DNA of 64,000 nucleotides from Phoronis australis (GCA_002633005.1 NMRA01000259.1:98715-162714); one strand, 5' to 3'. Positions 24,388-37,298 are shown, numbered from the stretch's first letter. A program made the numbers and translations. Notes: a model not told the origin generated them from the letters alone.

Positions 24388-24994
24388 GTATGGTGGGCCG
24401 TTGAGGGGAAAGTGTCGCCGTAAAATTACGCTCGTAATTACGAGCGTAAATTAAATTGCAGGAGTGTCGCCGTACAAATACGCTCGTAAATTAAAAGGGG
24501 AAAAGTTTCGCCGTAAAATTACGCTCGTAATTACGAGCGTAAATTAAATTGCAAAAGTGCTGCAGTAAAATTACGCTCGTAAATTAAATGGGGGAAATGT
24601 CGCCGTAAATTACGCTCGTAAAATACTTTAAGAACGTTCCAAATTTAAACTAATCAGTGTTGACTTAACATACACGAGTGTTGCTAGGCAGCTCGTTCTT
24701 GCACAATCGCTGACATTGCGGCAGCGATTTGATCCGCCATGATTTAGCGCTCGTATCGTAGACATGTAACCCGTCAGTAAATAAGTATTTCCAGGAGCAC
24801 GCGCGACCGTGGATTGTAAAACCAACGTCATTGGCTAAGAGTTTAAACTAAATTACGAGCGTAATTTTACGCCATAAGGAATTAAATTACGCTCGTAATT
24901 TTACGGCGTAATTAACGACGTAAATAACGGCGTAATGTATATGATTACGCTCGTATTTTTCCGGCAACACTTTCCCCCCAACGGCCCATCATAC
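24388..24994. mobile_element. Young MITE with ~35-bp TIRs and many subterminal AATTACGCTCGTAA motifs, present in the right arm only
   Basis: 5' GTATGGTGGGCCGTTGAGGGGAAAGTGTCGCCG matches the 3' reverse complement GTATGATGGGCCGTTGGGGGAAAGTGTTGCCG. Inserted in CATATG. The left arm has the empty site at ~10248-10253. The TSD is TA, ATAT or CATATG (ambiguous because the site is palindromic). Confidence 0.9.
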
Positions 24995-26964
24995 ATATGC
25001 TTCCCTGACGTTTTCTGGCGTCATAATTAGTTCGTGTTAACTTGTATAGGCGTGGACTACCAGGGATAGCGGAGAAAAGCTTTCTTTGATGATGACAGAC
25101 GGGTGCAAAAGTGTGTCTAACCGCAAAGAGCGTTCAGTCGATTGTGTGCCTCGAATGTAACCGACTAACGTCACGATTTAGTTCACGGGACGAAGACCAC
25201 CGACAGCGAATAACAATACCACGTCTCTGTTGGCGGTGACGACTGTGACATTCAAAGGAGGTACCCTTCAAAGAAAGCATGAGGACAACCCGTGGAGGAT
25301 TTTTATTAGTTGTTGGTATCAGCCAATTGATTTCATTCGTGCAACAATTCACTGACGAGTGGAATAGAGTGGTATGGTGTTGTGGCACTCAATCCATTCA
25401 AAGTTGTATCACTAACAATTGACGAACAACTCCATGTGATACCTGAAAGCAACACGTGACCAGTGCCTGGAACACGGAATAGGTGCGTTGGCGTTGACGG
25501 AAAGGTTGTGATGAATTTGATGTCAACCAGGGAATGTTCCACGTCAAAGTAAATATTTACAAAGGGACATAAGAAGCGGGGGTGGGGCATGTTCTTCCCT
25601 AAAGTTTTCAGGCGTCATAATTAGTTCGTGTTAACTTGTATAGGCGTGGACTACCAGGGATAGCGGAGAAAAGCAAGACAGGGAAAGAAACGGAAGAGAA
25701 AATTCATGAAACGTTTGTCAACTACCGTAGCTTGATTTACCCTTTAAGAGCACTAGCAAGGACATCATTGTTAGAGTGTCCAATTGTTTGCAGCACAGAT
25801 AGCATAAAAGCACTTTAAATTTGTAGTTAGTCATTCGTGCAAGTATTTCAAAAATTCGATAAAGTGTTTAAGGCGCAGCTGTTACACATAACGTTAATTC
25901 ATTGTTTTTTCAGTTAAATTCGATGCAAAACTATATTTTTAAAGTCCCCCGTTACGTCAGTGTATTTCTTCCTTATTTGTCGAAACAAAATTTAAAGTCA
26001 TTAGTTAAAGGTTGATAACCAAACAGATAGCTCCAATAGCTGTTAATTTTCTGTTTATTGAAGTAATAAACCTTTTCGTATTGAGAGATCCGTCGTGGGC
26101 ATCCACGCAGTCACCCATTTTGTGTTTTATTGAAAAAAATACTGCTCACGGAGATAAGTCACACTGATGGAATTGATTACTTCTGTACTCCGTTTTTTTA
26201 AATCACACAGCTTCTTGTTACAGAATTTCACTTCTTGGAAGGTCGCTCAATGATAGAATTAACCTTCAATTTTGCGTATGTCAATCAGATTGCGGGAGGT
26301 CCAATTTTGATGACCGTGCACAGCCATGGGTGAGAAACAACATGACCGCCGGTCCTCCAAAACGGACCGAATCACCACAAATCAGGACCTACGGGGATCA
26401 AATGGGACCGCCGCAGCAGAAAATGGGATCGACTCACCTGAAAACATGACCGCTCCACCAAAAAACAGGACCGCCGGAGACTGAATATGATACCCGCGGA
26501 TTATTTTTTGACCGCAATGACAGGCAGGCTAAGTTTTATGACCCGTCATTTGACAGTGTAGGCCTACGTGCAGGTCTTATGCACCTTATGAATCGAGCGC
26601 GAAAGATCTTTTTTGTTACAAAAGGCAAAGAATTATGCAAGAAAATGACGTTCATTGAATTGTTTTTCACTCAAACGGCTGCAACGGGCAAGGTGAGTGT
26701 CGGTTGATTCCCAGATGTTGCATGCACCTCCGCGAGTCGTTAGTTCTGCAGGTGGCGAGCAGAACCACCCGGGCTGTATTAGATTTCGGGGTCTGACGGG
26801 GCTTTACGCACGCGCTACCAGGCTGTATTTTGGCGATAGTCTTTATACAGCTAGCTGGCGGGTTACATCAAACCCTGCTGTATCATTGATACCTACATTT
26901 TGTACGGCGGTCTTGTTTACGAGTGTGTCGGTTCCATTTTCTGGTGCGACAGCCTCATCTGATC

Positions 26965-27220
26965 CCCTTAGGTCCTATTTTGTGGTGAGTCAGTCTGATT
27001 TGGAGGACTTGCAGTGATGTTTTGGGTCCAGCAGTCATGTTGTTTCTTACCCGTGTCTAACGGATTAATGTACTTAAAGTACTGTACAGTNCTCCCTAGG
27101 TCCTATTTTGTGGTGAGTCAGTCTGATTTGGAGGACTTGCGGTGATGTTTTGGGTCCAGCAGTCATGCTGTTTCTTACCCGTGTCTAACGGATTAATGTA
27201 CTTAAAGTACTGTACAGTAA
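26965..27220. other. Near-exact tandem duplication across a single N (27091); probable contig-overlap artefact
   Basis: About 125 bp repeated on either side of the N; single copy in the left arm. Confidence 0.8.
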
Positions 27221-27568
27221 ATGTTGTGACAATCATAGACAAATATTTCAGCGATTTTTAAGCTCGAGTTTAACTCATAAATCGTAATAGCCAACTGTAG
27301 GATGAACTAAAATACGAATAAATTCCAAAAATTTCGATGGGCGAAATCCCAAACGTCGTGGGATGCCGTGTCTGTCATGTTTCCCCGCTTGCCTTTTCAA
27401 AAATCTGCAGCATACCTTCGAATATTAGTTTAATATTCTGTTTTGATAAACAACGAATTTCTTGGTTGCTTGTTTACATGTGCGCTTTTTCTACAACTAT
27501 CGACTGACTCGTAGATTAGTTAGAAGCTCATCTTTTAAGAGTTTTGTAAGAATGTATGACGCTTAATT

Positions 27569-28181
27569 CAATGAACTTAAATGCAAGCTGAAATTGGGAA
27601 GATCTCAATCATCCGCTTCCCAAAATTGAGAAGTATCTCAGACGATTTTTTTCAAATCTAGAATCTTTCTCCAAGATATTGACGAAATTCGGATATTCAT
27701 TCAGGGCGTCATAAAAAGTACTCTTGCATTGTTTATTTACTTAGAGACAAGACTGGTGGTGACGCTGACATCGAAACATCTGTTTGAAAAACAAGGCAAA
27801 AGGGCAAATGAACAACAAAAATACACTGTAAGCGATAAAGGTAATAAAATATATGGAAAGCTTCCTCTTGTCATGNCAATGAACTTAAATGCAAGCTGAA
27901 ATTGGGAAGATCTCAATCATCCGCTTCCCAAAATTGAGAAGTATCTCAGACGTTTTTTCAAATCTAGAATCTTTCTCAAAGATATTGACGCAATTCGGAT
28001 ATTCATTCAGGGCGTCATAAAATGTACTCATGCATTGTTTATTTACTTAGAGACAAGACTGGTGGTGACGCTGACATCGAAACATCTGTTTCAAAAACAA
28101 GGAGAAAGGGCAAATGAACAGCAAAAATACACTGTAAGCGATAAAGGTACTAAAATAGATGGAAAGCTTCCTCTTGTCATG
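27569..28181. other. Near-exact ~305-bp tandem duplication across a single N (27876); probable contig or haplotype overlap artefact
   Basis: CAATGAACTTAAATGC...CTTGTCATG repeated on either side of the N; single copy in the left arm. Confidence 0.8.
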
Positions 28182-31100
28182 TTGCCAAGGTAAAGAGAGT
28201 TTTGGAGCTGTTTTTATTTTTTGGTTGACTCTCGAAGGCTATCTCAAATACAGAGCATTGAACGCAGAGGTAACGTCTGAATTAGTATACTGCAGGTCTG
28301 TGTAACAAGTGGTTCCTGCCACTACAAGAAACGGACACTGCAATGCAACGATTAATCTACATTTCAACGTCTTCCTATATGGTACATGTGCTAACGGCGA
28401 GCTATTATTGCCGCTGCACAGGTAACATTGCTGTTCAATTGACACTAAGGCGTGGCATTTTCGCAAGACCAGAACCATTTTTAGGGTCCGTTTCATGAAA
28501 ACAGACTTAAAATTAAAGACTTGTAGTTTGTCTTACTTTCCAATTTCATATCTGCTGGGAATGGATTAGTCTTGTAATTACGGTCACATCACGTACTTTT
28601 AAATAAGGTACATTGTATAGAAATTACCCCGAACATCTTGTGTATGATTTCTGAGAGACCGTTAGGAGAGTTTTTCTCGAGTGAGTTTTGATTATTGGGG
28701 ACAAGTATATCAGCACAAGAGTAATGTATATCTTAAATTGTATTGGTAAGTTCAGTCACGGCTCTACAATTAATCATTTTACAGGAGATACCAGATGGGT
28801 GTCTTAATTACAAGAGATAACATAAGCATTTAAAATACCCAATATTTAACTGAGTATCGCATACAAAGTGGCACAAGTTTCTGTAGTACCAAATGGGTAT
28901 ATAATATTAAAATGGTTATTTACCGATTGCCTACTAAGTGGGTCGAGGAAAACGGAATACTCAATAATGAATACCAAACGGATACAATCTGACGAATGGG
29001 AAAATATCATATAAAGTACCAAGTGGATACACCAAACATCCAACTGGGCTGTAACAACCTGGCAAAGCAGATTCCGGACAAGCTGAATGAGCAGACCAAG
29101 TAGAGTGATAAAAAGAGATCTTGAAATGAACGTGGTGTTGTTGCTCATTTTGTGCCCATTGTCCTGAGAGCTGTGACCGGGATAGAGAAACGCAATCTGC
29201 GGTGATGGAAACTCAGCGAAGTTCTGGTCGCTAGCACAGTTTGGGCCTGAAGCAGGTACCAGCAGTGGCTGTAATAAAAGCAATAACCAGCACCAGATTT
29301 TTTACAACATAGGGTAGGGTGGGTGTACTTAGAGTGAATATACTGTTCGTCGACGCTGGGCCAATCGGAAGCTAGAGAGAATGAACAACCGGAAATAAGT
29401 ATTTATTGTATGTGAAGTCTCAAGGGTTGTAAAATAGTATTTGCTTAAATAATAGGATTTATGTCAGAGTGCCATCAATCTCATTTTGGGAACAAATAAT
29501 CATTTTTGGTTGTTTGGTCTGCACGTCTTGACATTGCTGTGCTTTACACGGAATTGATTTATGTTTTTCGTTTAATTTGGAATTTTATCTTCTTCCCTCG
29601 TAAATGGTTGGCGGTGCCGCATTTACAGAGGGGTAAAGGGGAATTTTCGGCGGGCCACCCTTGCGAGAGGAGATCCTGGAGGCTCCTTCACATGGAAGGC
29701 CCAAATATCATTAAAAATAGAAAAGAATGACGGTCAATTCCATCATCGTGTGACCATCCACAAGGAGCGACCTTCCTTAACATACAAGGTTGTTCAATTT
29801 CACACAGACAAGAAAACAACGTCAATTGAATCCATCATTGGGTCTTACCTCCAAAGAAGTTGTCAATAAAAACATGAAGGGGCCCTCTCCAAGGGCTGGG
29901 CCCCTAAATGTGCAAGGATCTATAATTTCAAAAACAGGAAATGAGCAGCAATTGGTGAAATCCTTCAGGTTCTCAAATTTTTATCAAATAACATACAATT
30001 TTTTGAGGAAAGAAAACGAAAAAAAGGACGCGACAGATGACTCCAGCAGGATAAATAAAGTTTTGCATTCCCTACTATTTTCTTGAACTTTAAACCCGGA
30101 AAATTCATTGTGCTTTAAATCGGCCTCTAAATAACAATACATAAGGTCCTAAAATGGGAAATCAAGCACTGCTTTGACAAATAGTCTCTTGAATGTTATC
30201 TAAAATCCTTGTTTCGCTGTCTTTCTTTTCTCAACTGACCTCGGCCCCTCGCCTATGCCAGTTGCTACGATTGAATCCTGACACCTGCACTGTGTCGGGG
30301 GCACACTTTTGTGCAGCGCTCGACTGTCTGCCAATTAAATCGGGATTTAAACCCGAATCTTACAAGCGGAAGTCTGAAGCTCAAAGCACTGCGCCACACC
30401 GTGTTCTCTGATGAAACGAAGCCATCCTGTTTTCATCTGAAAATGTCGCATCTGCCTACAAGTAGGGATAACCTGTCCGCTTCCATCCGATAGTACACGC
30501 TACTGTTGGCTTACGAAGTAATTGTCACTAATGGGTGTTGACAATAGGTGTACGTATACATGTTAAAACATGGCCTGTAATGATCTCTGCACAAGGGGGC
30601 GGGGCTCAAGTACGTAAGCACCGACCCCCTTTGTAAATTCACCAACGTCATTTCCCTTAAGATTTATTGAAGGCGTTGAAGATATTTTAACCCTACTGTT
30701 GTCAGTGTAAATTTTGGTGGTATGCAAATTTCCCGCCCTAAGTTTTGATTGCGAAGTCTTTGGAGGAATATTTCAGTCATCAATTTTTGATAAATTTATA
30801 ATCCCGTCTTGTCAAATTATCTAAAAGTAAGCATAGGTATAGGATTATGAAGACTAGATTTCAGAAACACCAAAAAATGGGTTATGAGCCTTCCATTCAC
30901 ATACGTAATATTAAAACAATGTTTTTCTTCAGCCACATTGCAGTGTCACTTAATATCATAATTGCCGGCCTATTTATTTGCTTAGCTTTTCTCGAGAAGC
31001 AATTGATTTCCTTGCAGGTTCTTACCTTTCGAATGATATGAAATGTACCTGATATACCATTTCGTGACCGGAGGACGACACCAGTACAACATCCAACCGA

Positions 31101-31885
31101 TCGACACCAGTGTCGACAGCAGATCCAAATCGCCGGTCGTTGCAAAGCTGGTCGCCACAATGAAGTTTTTCATTACCTGTTTTGTTTTTGTGTATGAGGA
31201 GGGGAATACATGTATGCATCGAGAAACGTCCCGTCAATGCATCCGTACGGTGCTGACTTCTATTGCCTAAAAATGAACTAGTGCAGCTGTAGACTGGTCG
31301 CATCATTTACTACACCAAGTTTAATGTTGGACTGTATCGACTTGTCGTTGTATTTAGCCAAATGTCTACAAAACTATAGAATTCAAGTTCGTAAAAGCAC
31401 ACAATTTCTCTGAAAGTAGAAAATCCTGTATAATATACTTTCGACTTTATACCAATATGCACTAATTGGATCACGTGTCCATGTGTTTTTAGCACGAAAG
31501 AAATGCATATCCGCAACAAAACAAGGGTATAGATAACATGAACAAATTTTGTGTTATGTAATTGTACTAGATGAAAAATATGTTGGAAGACGAATGGAAC
31601 ACAACAGATAGCCTTCATAAAACAAACTGTTAGAGGGGATTATCAGTATGAAGCGAGGATTATAAAAGGACAAAACTCTCATGTAGATCGCCTCGTCAAT
31701 GCATTTATATATTTTTGGTAAAAGTAGATTGAAGTCGTTTGAGCATTATCAAACTTATTGAAAAGATGTTTTGTAAGAGCAGGACTCTTATTTTACCAAA
31801 ATACTCAGTGGAGACTAACATCGACAAATTGTGCCGACAACACTCTCCAAGAATAATTCACTAAACAATGACGTTACAGGCTACT

Positions 31886-32124
31886 TAGAGGCGAATCTAC
31901 GGGGAGGGAGGGAGGTTCAGGGGGTTCAACACCGCCCATCGGGACAGTAACAAAAATAAATTGAAAAAAAATCGCCAGAAAAACGTAATCACCTTCGAAA
32001 AACCAAAAAAAAATCTTACACGGGAGGGGGAAATCTTCTCCCAACCTTCCTTCCGCTCGGCGCAACGGGCCTCGGATTCGCTCGAATCCTATCCCCCCTT
32101 ACTGAAAGCGTAGATCTGCCACTG
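31886..32124. mobile_element. Short MITE with GC-rich subtermini
   Basis: TAGAGGCGAATCTACG matches the 3' reverse complement CAGTGGCAGATCTACG. Confidence 0.6.
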
Positions 32125-32732
32125 GCTACGATGTTGTACGTTTGAGATCATCAAAATGGGAAATTGATAATGTCGTGCGAACACAAAGCACTTTAAAGGT
32201 ACTAAGGTGCTATTTTCTTGAGGTAAACAATGTTTGACAGAAGTGCGGTTCTGGGGTTCCGTGGGTCCCCGGGTGTCCTGTCCGATCCCCGGGATTCCTG
32301 TTTTAAAGATCAGGGTTCGATTTTTGGGCTGGTTAGCTGTTTTGAAGGTTCGTGAGGTTTCGACTCCGAGATATCTGTTTTACACCGGCGTTTCAACTTC
32401 AATGGAACACCTTGTTATTGGTATGAAACGTTGTCAATTATTCTCAAGTAAGTCCAATAGATTCATAACTTTCCCCATACTATACCCCGGAGATCGCTTC
32501 AGCGTTATATCTACGCAGGTTCTCGTTCACTCCCTTGATACAGTCACTACTAAGACCGAGCTCGTCGGAGCAGGAGACGCCTTTGTGCAGTGCTCGATTA
32601 TCTGCCAGTAAAACCTGAACAAAATAAGGAAATTGGTGAGTGGCGCCGTACATATACATCATGCATTTTATCGTTAATTTCTTATTCTAAACCACAGAGG
32701 GCGTCCATTCGGAAACGACACGTTTTACCACT

Positions 32733-34439
32733 ATAGACCCAATTCGCGCCGACAGGAGGCGCGTTCCACATCGAGGCTCGCTGCGATAGCTTTGTTAGCT
32801 TATCGGCATAGTTGCTTGAACGGCTTGAAAAATTACGGACTCTCAACTGTCTGTTTTCCCTAAGGACGTTGAGATTCGAAGCGTTGGGTCGTTGCCATAC
32901 GCCTCGAAGAAGGAAAATATGTCCGTGTAAAATTTACAAATGTTTTCGAAAAGTTGGATCATATTTTGTTGCATCTCGGTTGCCGAACATCATACATGTA
33001 GCAACGACCGGAAAATCTTCTGCTAGGCAGACTGTGTTTTCATGACTACGCATGGGTGGCGCAGCATTGAAAAAAGTGGGGGCTCAAGCCTTCTCAACCC
33101 CCCTTGGTGCACCGCCTATAGACCATGTGNCCCCTATCGTATGGTGCGCGCCTCTCAATTTTGGGGCCGAATATCGGCCCTATTTCCCTCTTGTAAAGAT
33201 ATAGAAAAATCACGCGAAATTCATTACGGCGTTTTACCCTTGCTCCCAACTTGTTCGACTCTATAACCCAACAACGAGATGCGGGGAAGATGACCCCTGT
33301 AGCCAATATCTTACGCGACTGATTAACTTCATTCTAGCATTGAAGGTTGGAGGGCCACCTCTGTTTTCTTCGATCATTGCTCTAATCTCCTATAAGATGG
33401 TATCTAGCCTAGCTCAGTCCCCCAACGAGGCCTAAAAATTCCTCTCAGTGATTGAAAAATTCTCTCCGGAGAATTCTGTAACACACAGGTGACAGTTTGA
33501 GAGAGCACAAAATGCTACTTGAGACAGAGCCTATGAGAGCTTGCAACAGGGAGAGGGTGCTACTGATGGGGAGGTAGATTTCCCCTCACTCTCGGCGAAA
33601 GAATGCCCTCTCAGAAAGCACAAACACTTTTCCCCTCGGATAAACGAGGCCCCTGAAGAAACGTGATAACTATGCTTGTTCTGGCCCGTTAACTTTTAAA
33701 TGAGCTCTAAAACGAGGTATATGCTTTGGACGAACGAATTAGGTGTTTTGATTTTAAAATTCAACTTGGCCCAGATTTGAATCCTAAGACAAGAAATAGA
33801 CGTAAGAATGATTATTAACACCAAGAAAGAAGAACTGATGATCAAACGATTTTTATTTTCAATTACGAGCCTGGTTTTTTATCTTAATAAAACATATATT
33901 TAATAACATCAATTATTTTTTCAGATCAATGACACATTAACTATTAGTCCCGGTAGTCCGACCTACTGACCTCACCATGACCTAGGCTATGCTTGATGTT
34001 AATGTTCTTTATCAACAAATTAAACGAGATGTGACTAATTGCACACGACATCAAAATACGAGCAGATGTCCTGGTTCATGTAAAAAGCATTTTTATCAAC
34101 AATTTACAAGAAGAAGCGTAACACTGCATTCAGCATAATACCTAATCCGTAACGCGATCGCTGCAATTTGGTCATACTTACTTTCCATGTTTCGAACCTT
34201 ATTTTCCGAAAAAAAAACTTATACCCTTTCGTCAGACAACTCTTTGGTGCATTGATTTGTCCTCTAATGTATTTTTCTACGTCTCTGTGGCTAATTATTG
34301 ATACATTTTTAAGATTTAATATCCAAGTTGGACTCGAAAGACCGACCATTTAACTCACGCAAGGTCAACTTAATCTTATCGCTTTATCGCAGTGAGCCTC
34401 GCTTTGGATTTTAATGTCCGCCGCGTGAATTTGGTCTAT
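32733..34439. mobile_element. Decayed TIR DNA transposon with a minus-strand ORF fragment resembling the N-terminus of SWIM/YqaJ accessory proteins (ISL2EU/Harbinger-like)
   Basis: ATAGACCCAATTCGCGCCG matches the 3' reverse complement ATAGACCAAATTCACGCGG. ORF 34104-34349(-) reads WILNLKNVSIISHRDVEKYI...LTKGYKFF, similar from memory to W..L..LP.I....IE.Y...KGYKFF. Confidence 0.5.
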
Positions 34440-36144
34440 GGTATCCCCATGTGTGGGTCCGGGCTTGCTTAGTGAACGGAATTCTAAACACTGAAAATAG
34501 GTCATAAAACTGCCAGAAAAACGTTTGCCCTGCGGCAGTTAAATCCAAATAAAAACGAAATGATTATTAAGGTTCATTTTGAGCTTCATGCCCAACGCCC
34601 ACACGAGTTCATACTCAGAGGTTTATAATACATTTACAAGTGTACCTGACATTGTTAGATCGACTGTTTTGCAATTGAGTCTTTTATGCATGCATTTCGG
34701 GGTACTTTTTAAAAGCTTTTTCAGTCGCACGACATCCTTGGATACAAATATTTAATCCACTAAACCGTAGGGGTTGAAAATCCTCAGTGATCATAGAAAT
34801 GTACACGCATAAAAATTATGCTCTGTCCTTTGTGGTCACGTGACACTGATTTTTCCGAAACAAATATGATTTTTCACAAAGATCCGAAACTTATAGCCTA
34901 CATACGTGATATGTTTACACAGTGTTTCGAAGTTCTGTTTAATCATAATGTGAACTTCAAGTTTCGTACAAAATTCACGCCATCGGAATTTGTGGGACTT
35001 TTACGAAAAATCACTTTTTAGCAAAAACACGGTAACGTAATATTTTAAAAACGTCTCTGAATTATTTTTGTGCTCTCCATCAGTGTTTTCGTGATTACTA
35101 TGAATTTCAAAAACACGCGGTAGACTGAAAATTGAAAGTTGATCCTTCGTAACGATGGTACGCATTTACGCGTCCGTGTGTCTTCCCTGTCAGTATATGC
35201 GTGACCTTGTTCTATAATAGGTTCGCCACATGGATTTAGTGGAAAATCGCTTGTTTTGATTCTAATAAAATTGACGTCATACAAGACTCCGCCCTGTAGT
35301 TTTGTCGTAACAAATACGAAGTTAAGACAAGGTAATTAAGTTAAGTCAAAACCCCGCTGCCCACTTGGAGACCGATAAATCGCTTAGTACAGTCGTTAGT
35401 TACCACTCAATTTAGCTCAAACTCGGTTACGACCACAATGACATTTTTAAAAACATTAATCTATTCCCATTCTGACAAGTACGAGTTAAGACCGTGCCTA
35501 TTTTTAATATCAAATAATTACTGTGTGATCGCTATCGAACCGTATTTATCGATTTACCACTTACAATTTAAAGAATCCATACATGATCATTCAGTATTAA
35601 AATTTTTATCTAACTTCACTCTGACGCATACTTGCCAATATTGTACCTAAACATTTCTTTTAGAAAATTTGCCGTGTTTGCCGTACTTGAGGTTCAAGAA
35701 CACCGGAAGGTGACATTGCTTTTTTATTATTTAGTGTTTATTACAGTGCACTATATGCAACGAGCATATTCCCGGTAACAATTTCACGTCGGGATTCTGA
35801 AATAAAAGAAAGAAAAACGCCCACCTTTATTTTTTAGCAATGCCGTTTATTTAGCTAAATTAGCTCACAAGTCTTTTGTTTTGTAGATAAGCCAAGAGTA
35901 CGTTCCGTAGACGCGAGAACCTCGCGAAAACGCTCCAGTGAAGCACGTTATTACACTTGCTTCCACCGAGAGATTCTTGTGTTTGCGAAACTCATCATTG
36001 TGTTTCTCATAAACTTAAAAAATCAAGCACGACGTCGCCAGATATTACCAAGCATAACCAACAAAGCACGAGAGATGCTGGAGTCTGAAGAACTCCGGCC
36101 AAATGATATGCAGTGGGACATGCATGGATTGCTGACTTAGTGAC

Positions 36145-36300
36145 GTCATGATTGTTAGCATTATCTTCAGCATCATCTTCATCATCATTGTCACTATCAT
36201 CATCGACATGATTGTTGTCGTCCTCATCGTCGTCAATATTATCGTCTTCATTTTCATCGTCATCGTCAAAGTCATTCTTGCAGTCGCCTTCATCCCCGAC
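36145..36300. repeat. Degenerate (CAT/CGT)n trinucleotide tract
   Basis: Run of CATCAT/CGTCAT triplets. Confidence 0.8.
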
Positions 36301-37168
36301 GTCGTAGCATCCTGATAATTTATCGTTGGCTGTTCAGTCGCAAAACGGACGAGTACATTTAGGCACCAAAATAGCTCTTACCCAGACCATATCTTTGTAA
36401 AAGTAAACACAAGGATGTTAAAAACTAACAAACGATACGCGCATCAAAGAACTCCACTTATGGTCTCTTGAACTTCGTTCCAAGCAAGTCCTGGAGGCTC
36501 ACTTTTGGACCCTTTTCAGCATCAAATCAATCAAAATTACAAGATAAGATATACAAATGTCTTCGCTGCGTCTCAGGCCATGGGCTCTTTGCGTTACTAT
36601 CTGCATTTCATTGACCGTAATGACATCATTCCCATGATATACATATACGCTGTCCATACACAGATTAACATTTCACCCTGCGGCTTGGTTGCTAAGACAC
36701 TAGTGTTTTTCACAGGTATTAATAAGCTGGTTACTCACATAGTTACCTTCTATCCGACGCAGAAGGAGGCTGAACGATGATTCTTAAATCGGTACTGGCA
36801 GGTACGATTTTTACTTAGAGTTATATGGATGACGCCATCAACGGCGAAATTTGTACCTCTATTTTGGATTGAGCTGCCCAACATTTTGGTGTGCGAAAAC
36901 GAAGAAGTGCCCGTTGAAATCAACCTGTTTGATTTCAACAGAAATGAGAAATTTTACGATGACAATATTATGACACCTATTACATGTACAGTATATCATG
37001 TGGATTTTGTTCAACGAGCGTTGGGTAATCACTATTACTGAATACCTCAAAACCATTTCCAGAATCGTCAAACCTTCATTGCAATTTTACAATCAGCAAA
37101 GAAAGCGAGCACTGCGATTTCAAATACAAAATCACGGTGTTTAACATTTAAACCTTTAGTCATAAATG

Positions 37169-37175
37169 TATATAG
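37169..37175 (+). promoter_or_regulatory. Candidate TATA box of the three-finger/TSP1 gene
   Basis: TATATAG about 110 bp upstream of the proposed ATG (37282), with pyrimidine-CA initiator-like sequence 20-30 bp downstream. Confidence 0.35.
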
Positions 37176-37281
37176 GCCGCTGTTTCCATTGCAACATTCG
37201 TTCGAGCCTCCAACTTCATTTTCATCTTTCTATTCCTTCTCCGCTAAAAATATCGGTTATAATTTCATAAGTTGTACCATT

Positions 37282-37298
37282 ATGGTCTATTGCAACAG
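37282..37298 (+). CDS. Putative coding exon 1 (MVYCN-S)
   Basis: ATG followed by a CAG|GTAGGT donor in phase 2, matching the acceptor at 40428 and giving the signal peptide MVYCNSSFGSILSHLAILLLALAEG. Confidence 0.55.

Larger units (their letters stand above)
18832..29500 (-). repeat. Right arm of giant inverted repeat
   Basis: Reverse complement of 7042-16803, with arm-specific indels, an extra satellite unit, a MITE insertion and assembly gaps. The outer end CCATCAATCTCATTTTGGGAACAAATAA matches 7042-7070. Confidence 0.93.

Noticed and set aside
26965-28181. Tandem duplications as biological events
   Set aside because: Each is centred on a single N and absent from the left arm, which is typical of unmerged contig overlaps.
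30408-30445. Other CTGATGA/CTGAAGA hammerhead-like cores (also ~33653, ~33836, ~62983)
   Set aside because: No stem II closing directly onto GAAA and no compatible stems I and III.
36045-36300. Asp-rich or Met/Thr-rich protein exon
   Set aside because: Explained by a trinucleotide tract, with no flanking gene structure.
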